DNA of 64,000 nucleotides, taken from contig CAYZNT010000005.1 of assembly GCA_964479735.1 (NCBI GenBank), forward strand, positions 68,194 through 132,193. The letters run 5' to 3'. The translations under genes and the position numbers were made by a program. The notes under the pieces were generated by a model. It saw nothing but the letters and a program-made list of their open reading frames with translations. It had not been told where the DNA came from and made no database searches. This document shows positions 57,348 to 64,000 of this stretch, piece after piece (the first letter of the stretch is position 1; each line of letters opens with the position of its first letter). This DNA is from an uncultured Clostridia bacterium (GTDB lineage: Bacteria; Acidobacteriota; Aminicenantia; UBA2199).

Positions 57348-57413
57348 GGGAATTGAGATAATTCGCCGTGCCGGGTATATAGTAGCCTGCGAAAGTCTCG
57401 AGGAGTGGCTGGC

Positions 57414-60233
57414 ATGAAAAAAGCGATACTGGCCGGTGCGGTCCTGCTGTTCGGCGTGATGCTCCCGGCGCAAACCATCACCTTCAATCCCGGCCAGCCG
57501 GCGGTCGGCCAGGCCGTCCATTTCACGGCCGATTTCGGGGCGGACGAGCGCCATGACGGAGAGGGTCCGGTCAACTGGTCGTTCGGCGACGGCCAGGCGC
57601 AGCCCGGCGCCGGCCGGCAGGCGGACCACGTGTTCCGCGAACCGGGCGCCTACACCGTCACCGCGACCCGCGGCGACCAGACGGTCCAGGCCATCGTCAA
57701 CGTGATCGAGGGCCGGCGCGTGGAGATCCAGGGAAGCCGGTTCACCGTCGGATCGCCCATCCAGTTCAAAGCCAAAAATTTCGTCGAGGCCACCATGCTG
57801 TGGGATTTCGGCGACGGCCGGACCGAACCCGGCGGCAAGAACATCCGCCATGCCTATGCCGCGCCCGGTCCCTACACCGTGAGAACCCGGGACGCTGGGG
57901 GCGCCTCTCCGACGGAGATCACGGTCAGCCTGGTCGTCGAGGCCGACACCCGTCTTCTGGCCCTCACCACCCCGGAACCGAAAGCGCGGCAGGTGGTGGC
58001 CTTCAGCGCCCAGAATTTTCCCACGTCGTCCCTGCGTTGGGACTTCGGCGACGGCCGGCTGGAGAACGGCGGCGTCGCCATGTCCCACGTCTACATGAGG
58101 GAGGGCAGCTATACCGTCAAGGCCTGGGACTCCGCCCAGGACGCGGCCAGCGCCGCTTCGCTGCTGCTGGTCGTGGCCGCCAGCGACCGCAGCCTGGAGG
58201 CGAGTGCGGTACAGCCCCGGGCCTGCGAGACGCTGACCCTGACGGCGCGCCAGTTCCATGCTTCCAATCTGCGCTGGGACTTCGGCGATGGACGGATCGA
58301 GACCGGGGGCGCGACCATCACCCATCTCTACGAGCGTCCCGGCGCCTTCAAGGTCCAGGTCCGTGCCACCGACGAGCCCGCCGATTGCGCCGTGCCGCTC
58401 GATCTCGTCGTGCAACCGGACAACCGCTCCCTGGGAGCCGTCCCGGCCACTCCGCGCGCCTTCCAGGAGGTTTCCCTGACCGCGCGGCAGTTTGCCGCTT
58501 CCAGCCTGCGCTGGGATTTCGGCGACGGCCGCAGCCAAACCGGCGGGGAGTCGATCACCCACACCTACGAACGGGCGGGGACGTTCAAGGTCCAGGCCCG
58601 CCTCGCGGACGACCCGTCGGGGTGCGCCGTGACGCTCAGCCTGGCCGTGCAGCCGGACAACCGGCGGGTGGACCTGCTGACCGGCGGCGACATCTGGGAG
58701 GGGGCGGAGATCTCGTTGGCCGCGGCCAATTTCCAGTCGGCCGACCTGCGCTGGGATTTCGGCGACGGCCAGGCGAGCGGAGGGACGGCTCGGACGACCC
58801 ATCGCTACGCCCGTCCGGGCTCCTACCGGGTGCGGGTGAGTGAAACCGTCGGAGCGGCCGTGGCCACGGCCGAGAAGGTGGTTTCGGTCAGCCCCGACCC
58901 CCGCCAGCTGGTCGTGCGTCCGCAGACCATGGTCGCCGGCGTGGAATCCGAACTGCAGGCGCTTCGCTTCCGCGGGCCAACGGTGGCCTGGGATTTCGGC
59001 GACGGCACGCGGCGGAGCGGAGGCCTGCAGGAGAGGCACATCTGGAGCCGGCCGGGCCAGTACGTCGTGCGCGCGGTCGACCATGGCGGCAGCGATGCCC
59101 GAACGTTCGAACAGGCCGTCCAGGTGGAGACGGACACCCGGGAAATCGTCCTCCCCACCGAGGTGATCGAGGGCGAGCCGGTCGACATCGCCTTGCGCAA
59201 CGCCAGCGGCGGTTCATTCAGTTGGCGTTTCGGGGACGGGCAGGGCGGCAGCGGCGCGGTGGCGTCCGGGCGCGTGTTCCGCTCCCCCGGCCTCCAGCGG
59301 GTCACGGTCGACGACGCCTCGAAACGCTATCCGCCCCTGCAGAAGCAGTTCATGGTCGTGGCCGACAACCGGGCGCTGCAGTCTAAGGCCCTGTTCGCCC
59401 TTCCGGAGGAGGCGCTGCGCTTCCAGGCCGTCAACTTTCGAGGACCCCGGGTGCGCTGGGACTTCGGCGACGGCACCGTGCGCGAAGGAGCGAACGCCGA
59501 GTCCCATGCCTATGCGCGCAGCGGGCGCTTCCGGGTGACCGCGACCGACTTCAGCGGCCAGAGCCGCAAGCCGTTCAGCCTCGAGGTGGTGGTGGCCGAG
59601 CAGAGCCCCGATTTCGCCATCCACACCCTGCAGCTCACCTTCGCCGACGGCGCCTACTACAAGATGGCCGGGCGCAACACCCTGCCGCCGGGATACAACC
59701 TGATGCTGAAGACGAGCGGGCGCGGAATTCTGCGGGGCCAGATCCTCCTCGACGGAGCGCCGCTGGCCCTGTTCCACCTGCTGGTGACCGGAGGCGTCAC
59801 GAGCCTGCCCGACAGCCAGAAGCCGAGGTTGCCGCTCATCGACCTGGGGCTGCACCGGTTGACGGTGAAGTTCGAGAACTTCGGCGGATTGCCGAGAGTG
59901 CCCATCCTGCGCTACTTCGTCGCGGAGAACGAGGGCATACGCATCACCAGCCCGCTGCCGGGAAGCCGCCTGCCCGCTGGCCGGGGGGTGGTGCTGCACT
60001 GGAAGCGGCCCCTGTCGCGGAGCCGCTTCCAGGTGACGGTCTCCGAAATCCCGCTGCAATTCCTGAGCGACAACCAGATCGAATGGCGAGACGCCGGCGA
60101 AGTCCAGTCTATGAAATTGCAGCTCGGGGCCTTCAAGCCGGGCGCATGGGTCTACTGGCAGGTTCGCGAGGTGGACGGCGACCGGGTGCTGAGCATGTCC
60201 GACTACGCCTCGTTCCGCGTGGCGGAGCGCTGA
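57414..60233 (+). CDS. secreted protein with ten tandem PKD domains
   Basis: Signal peptide MKKAILAGAVLLFGVMLPAQT; ten repeats of about 80-90 aa each containing WDFGDG (or WSFGDG/WRFGDG). GAGGAG lies before the ATG. Confidence 0.85.
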   Translation: MKKAILAGAVLLFGVMLPAQTITFNPGQPAVGQAVHFTADFGADERHDGEGPVNWSFGDGQAQPGAGRQADHVFREPGAYTVTATRGDQTVQAIVNVIEGRRVEIQGSRFTVGSPIQFKAKNFVEATMLWDFGDGRTEPGGKNIRHAYAAPGPYTVRTRDAGGASPTEITVSLVVEADTRLLALTTPEPKARQVVAFSAQNFPTSSLRWDFGDGRLENGGVAMSHVYMREGSYTVKAWDSAQDAASAASLLLVVAASDRSLEASAVQPRACETLTLTARQFHASNLRWDFGDGRIETGGATITHLYERPGAFKVQVRATDEPADCAVPLDLVVQPDNRSLGAVPATPRAFQEVSLTARQFAASSLRWDFGDGRSQTGGESITHTYERAGTFKVQARLADDPSGCAVTLSLAVQPDNRRVDLLTGGDIWEGAEISLAAANFQSADLRWDFGDGQASGGTARTTHRYARPGSYRVRVSETVGAAVATAEKVVSVSPDPRQLVVRPQTMVAGVESELQALRFRGPTVAWDFGDGTRRSGGLQERHIWSRPGQYVVRAVDHGGSDARTFEQAVQVETDTREIVLPTEVIEGEPVDIALRNASGGSFSWRFGDGQGGSGAVASGRVFRSPGLQRVTVDDASKRYPPLQKQFMVVADNRALQSKALFALPEEALRFQAVNFRGPRVRWDFGDGTVREGANAESHAYARSGRFRVTATDFSGQSRKPFSLEVVVAEQSPDFAIHTLQLTFADGAYYKMAGRNTLPPGYNLMLKTSGRGILRGQILLDGAPLALFHLLVTGGVTSLPDSQKPRLPLIDLGLHRLTVKFENFGGLPRVPILRYFVAENEGIRITSPLPGSRLPAGRGVVLHWKRPLSRSRFQVTVSEIPLQFLSDNQIEWRDAGEVQSMKLQLGAFKPGAWVYWQVREVDGDRVLSMSDYASFRVAER
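57540..59500 (+). repeat. intragenic tandem PKD-domain coding repeats (~250-270 nt period)
   Basis: Repeated CTGCGCTGGGA(C/T)TTCGGCGACGGCCG cores near 57553, 57790, 58033, 58270, 58505, 58745, 58985, 59215 and 59455. Confidence 0.7.
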
Positions 60234-60272
60234 CCACCCGGCCGCGGCGCGGCCCACGGCCGGCCGGGCGGT

Positions 60273-60301
60273 TTGTCAAACGGTCCGGCATCTGGTATAA
60301 C
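60273..60301 (+). promoter_or_regulatory. sigma70-type promoter with extended -10, leaderless start of the sigma-54 regulator gene
   Basis: TTGTCA (60273-60278), 17-nt spacer, TGGTATAAC (60293-60301). The ATG at 60308 is 6 nt after the -10 hexamer. Confidence 0.5.
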
Positions 60302-60307
60302 CGGCAC

Positions 60308-61705
<1,398 letters not shown>

Positions 61706-62056
61706 CGAGGGGAGGAAAGTCCGGGCTTCACCGGGAAAGGATGGCCCCTAACGGGGGCATCCCGGCGCGAGACGCCGGGAATGGACAGTGTCACAGAGAA
61801 CAGACTGCCCACCTGCGGCGCGAGCGGCAGAGGCGATGGTGAAAAGGTGAGGTAAGAGCTCACCGTCACGCCCGGCGACGGGCGGGACTGAGACAAACCC
61901 CATCCGAAGCAAGGCTAAACAAGGGGCGCTTGAGGAATTCCCGGCCGATGCCCCTGGGTTAGCTGCTCGAACCCGCCGGCAACGGCGGGGCCAGACAAAT
62001 GGTTCCTCCAGACAGAACCCGGCTTACAGTCCGCTGCCGGTTGCCAGGAGACGCCG

Positions 62057-62629
62057 ATGACCTGCCCCAGATGCAACCTGTACGTGGCCGACGGTTCGTG
62101 GAGATGCGACAGCTGCGGCGCCGTGTTCGGCACCCCCAACGCCCCGGAACGGAACGGCTTCCGCGTCCCTCCTTCCCGGCAGACGAAGCGGGTGGTCCAG
62201 CTCCTGGCAGTGGCCGTGGCCATCGCCGGGCTGGGAGTCGCCGCCCTGTTCGTGATGCGCCCGGGCAGCCGCGGGCATGCCGACAATTCCCGCGCCCCGG
62301 GGGAGACGGTCAACGTCCGGGAGCACCTCTTCCCCGGCAAGACGACCATCGTCGATTTCTACAGCGACTATTGCCCCCCCTGCCGCAAGATCGCGCCCCT
62401 GCTGCAGAAGCTCGCCGCCCGCCGTCCGGATGTGGCTGTGGTCAAGCTCGACATCAACCGCCCCGGGGTGCGCGGAATCGACTGGGGTTCCCCCCTGGCG
62501 AACCAGTTCCAGCTGCGTTCGATTCCCCATTTCCAGGTGTGGGACGCCCAGCAGCGCCTCGTCGGCGAAGGGGAGCAAGCCTCCAGCATCGTGTTCGGCA
62601 TGCTCCACGCCGAAGGACTGCTGGAGTGA
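62057..62629 (+). CDS. zinc-ribbon / TM / thioredoxin-fold protein
   Basis: N-terminal CPRCN...CDSCG zinc ribbon, a single TM helix (VVQLLAVAVAIAGLGVAALFV) and thioredoxin-like DFYSDYCPPCRK. AGGAGA lies before the ATG. Confidence 0.75.
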   Translation: MTCPRCNLYVADGSWRCDSCGAVFGTPNAPERNGFRVPPSRQTKRVVQLLAVAVAIAGLGVAALFVMRPGSRGHADNSRAPGETVNVREHLFPGKTTIVDFYSDYCPPCRKIAPLLQKLAARRPDVAVVKLDINRPGVRGIDWGSPLANQFQLRSIPHFQVWDAQQRLVGEGEQASSIVFGMLHAEGLLE

Positions 62630-62638
62630 AGGCCGGGC

Positions 62639-63427
62639 TCAGCCTCTCTTCATCAACGCGCGCTTGACCCGGTTTCGCCCCAGGTTGTGGACGTCCCGGA
62701 AATAGCGGAACAGGTCCTCCAGGTTCTCCAGGCGCGGCGCCGCCTCCGCCTCGCGGCGTTCGCCGCTGGAGCCGGCCACCACGATGACGAGCTCCCCCAG
62801 CTCCGGCACGGCGGTCAGCCGTTCGTCGGCGTGCGCCAGCGTGCCGCGGACCACCTGCTCGTTCTGCTTGCTCAGTTCCCGCACCAGGGCGAACTCCCGG
62901 TCGCCGAGGCAGGCGAAGGCCTGTTCCAGGAAAGAGCGCATGCGCCGCGGCGATTCGTAGAAAACCAGGGTGCAGGGGAGGCCGGAGACGCCCTGCAGGA
63001 GCCTTCGCTGCTCGCCCGGCCGGCGGGGCGGAAAGCCGAAGAACGCGAATCGTGCCGGAGAGATGCCGGAGGCCACCAGAGCCGGGACGAAGGCCGTCGG
63101 TCCCGGCAGGACCGTGACCCGGACACCGGCGGCGATGGCGCGACGGATGATGATGAAGCCGGGGTCGGAGATGGCGGGCGTCCCCGAGTCGCTCACCAGG
63201 GCTGCGGTCTCCTGCTGCAGGCGGGGCAGGATGGCCTCCGCCTGCCGCTCCTCGTGCGGGCGGTAATAGCTCAGCAGCGGGCGGTGGATGTCGAGATGGC
63301 TCAGCAGCTTTCGGGTGTGCCGGGTGTCCTCGGCCAGGATGAAATCGGCGGTGCGCAGGGCCTCGACGGCGCGCAGGGTGATGTCGCCCAGGTTGCCGAG
63401 CGGCGTGGGGACGACGACCAGCGGCAC
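62639..63427 (-). CDS. rsmI: 16S rRNA (cytidine1402-2'-O)-methyltransferase
   Basis: MPLVVVPTPLGNLGDITLRAVEAL...ILAEDTR is the tetrapyrrole-methylase-fold RsmI N-terminus. Confidence 0.9.
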   Translation of the reverse strand: MPLVVVPTPLGNLGDITLRAVEALRTADFILAEDTRHTRKLLSHLDIHRPLLSYYRPHEERQAEAILPRLQQETAALVSDSGTPAISDPGFIIIRRAIAAGVRVTVLPGPTAFVPALVASGISPARFAFFGFPPRRPGEQRRLLQGVSGLPCTLVFYESPRRMRSFLEQAFACLGDREFALVRELSKQNEQVVRGTLAHADERLTAVPELGELVIVVAGSSGERREAEAAPRLENLEDLFRYFRDVHNLGRNRVKRALMKRG

Positions 63428-63434
63428 GGACGAC

Positions 63435-64000
63435 CTACCTGCCCTGGTCGCGGGGGTAGCGGAAGTCGATGCCCACGGTACGCGGCTGCAGCTTGAGCAC
63501 CGGCGGCATGGTTCGCTTGAACTGGGACCGCACCACCATGCGCTGCACCGTCGCCACCTGCGCGGGGGAGAAGCCGGCGGCCTCGACCTCGTGCACGGAA
63601 CGCCGCTCGTCGACCAGCAACCAGAGGATGCGGTCCAGGTCCGCGTACGGCACGCCCATTTCGCCCTCGTCGGTCTGGCCGGCCCACAGATCGGCGCTGG
63701 GCGCCTTGGCGACGATCTCGGCGGGGATGCCGAGGTGGCGGGCGAGGGCGAAAACCTGCGTCTTGTAGAGGTCGCCGATGGGCAGGAAGGCGGCGGCCGA
63801 ATCGCCGAACTGGGTGGAGTAGCCGACCAGAAGCTCGCTCTTGTTCGAGGTGCCGATGACCAGGCCGCGGCGGCGGGCGGAGATGTCGTAGAGGATCGAC
63901 ATGCGCTCGCGGGCGCACTTGTTGCCGATCAGGAGCCGGTCGTCGGTCGGCTGGGCGGCGAAGTAGGCGTCGACCATCGGCGAGATGTCGATGGTCTGCG
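63435..64000 (-). CDS. nadE: NH3-dependent NAD+ synthetase, C-terminal part (N-terminus beyond window end)
   Basis: GTSNKSELLVGYSTQFGDSAAAFLPIGDLYKTQVFALARHLGIP. The ORF is open to the window edge. Confidence 0.85.
   Translation of the reverse strand, partial: QTIDISPMVDAYFAAQPTDDRLLIGNKCARERMSILYDISARRRGLVIGTSNKSELLVGYSTQFGDSAAAFLPIGDLYKTQVFALARHLGIPAEIVAKAPSADLWAGQTDEGEMGVPYADLDRILWLLVDERRSVHEVEAAGFSPAQVATVQRMVVRSQFKRTMPPVLKLQPRTVGIDFRYPRDQGR

Noticed and set aside
57414-60233. Periodic ~250-bp nucleotide repeats suggesting a CRISPR array or mobile element
   Set aside because: The repeats are in-frame PKD domain units (WDFGDG) of a single long ORF with a signal peptide. Spacing and divergence are typical of domain duplication, not CRISPR. 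No CRISPR, transposase, integrase or phage genes were detected anywhere in the window.

Overview
The window is 64 kb of high-GC (~68–70%), gene-dense bacterial chromosome from a diderm (Gram-negative-type) organism. The diderm call rests on LPS-core genes (GT9 heptosyltransferase, O-antigen ligase, heptose kinase), an OmpW-like barrel, a TonB C-terminal domain, a Lol-type ABC ATPase and type-A RNase P RNA. The organism is probably an under-sampled high-GC lineage (Myxococcota-, Gemmatimonadota- or Acidobacteriota-like); I cannot place it further from sequence alone.

Coding is about 90% on the experimentally unverified strands I call below. Most of the very long ORFs in the six-frame track are antisense artefacts of high GC. 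I assigned strand by recognisable protein families.

Content, left to right:
- A partial butyrate kinase, tRNA-Leu, an NlpC/P60 peptidase and a LolD-like ABC ATPase.
- An eight-gene chemosensory operon (2356–11918): ParA-like ATPase, TPR protein, a 768-aa protein with five CheW domains and an embedded CZB zinc-binding motif, CheB, a HEAT-repeat protein, CheR, CheY, and a CheA with two Hpt domains. No methyl-accepting chemoreceptor is present in the window.
- glgC, an S9 peptidase, an MgtC-family protein, rdgB and apt.
- A 1169-aa polytopic sensor histidine kinase, then ldcA–mpl (peptidoglycan recycling) and folE–cobB on the minus strand.
- A compositionally atypical (lower-GC) P-type ATPase island, followed by pgi.
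- A GT-C-like membrane glycosyltransferase plus a UbiA-type decaprenyl-phosphate phosphoribosyltransferase.
- ltaE, a leaderless M23 peptidase, and an LPS-core operon led by a Trm112-like gene (GT9, O-antigen ligase, heptose kinase, membrane-anchored Nudix).
- tRNA-Glu and tRNA-Lys, an OmpW-like barrel, and a TlpA-like/thioredoxin operon.
- An unusual pseudokinase–coiled-coil–TonB-C fusion protein.
- Assorted enzymes: methyltransferase, two GNATs, DUF2156, metallophosphoesterase, acyP, fcl, yitT.
- PspC, a GAF-fold protein resembling free-methionine-sulfoxide reductase, DUF3467, a sulfotransferase, a TldD/PmbA pair and a 940-aa protein with ten PKD repeats.
- A sigma-54 response regulator whose 3' end overlaps rnpB (RNase P RNA), a zinc-ribbon thioredoxin-like protein, rsmI and a partial nadE.

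A recurring extended -10 element (TGGTATAAT or close variants) sits 6–17 nt from several start codons. For the ParA-like gene, UbiA, the M23 peptidase and the sigma-54 regulator this implies leaderless or near-leaderless transcripts.

The most likely candidate for an undescribed system is the receptor-less, ParA-partitioned, penta-CheW/CZB chemosensory module. Secondary candidates are the pseudokinase–TonB fusion, the GT-C/UbiA sugar-donor pair, and the HldE-kinase-only plus membrane-Nudix arrangement.
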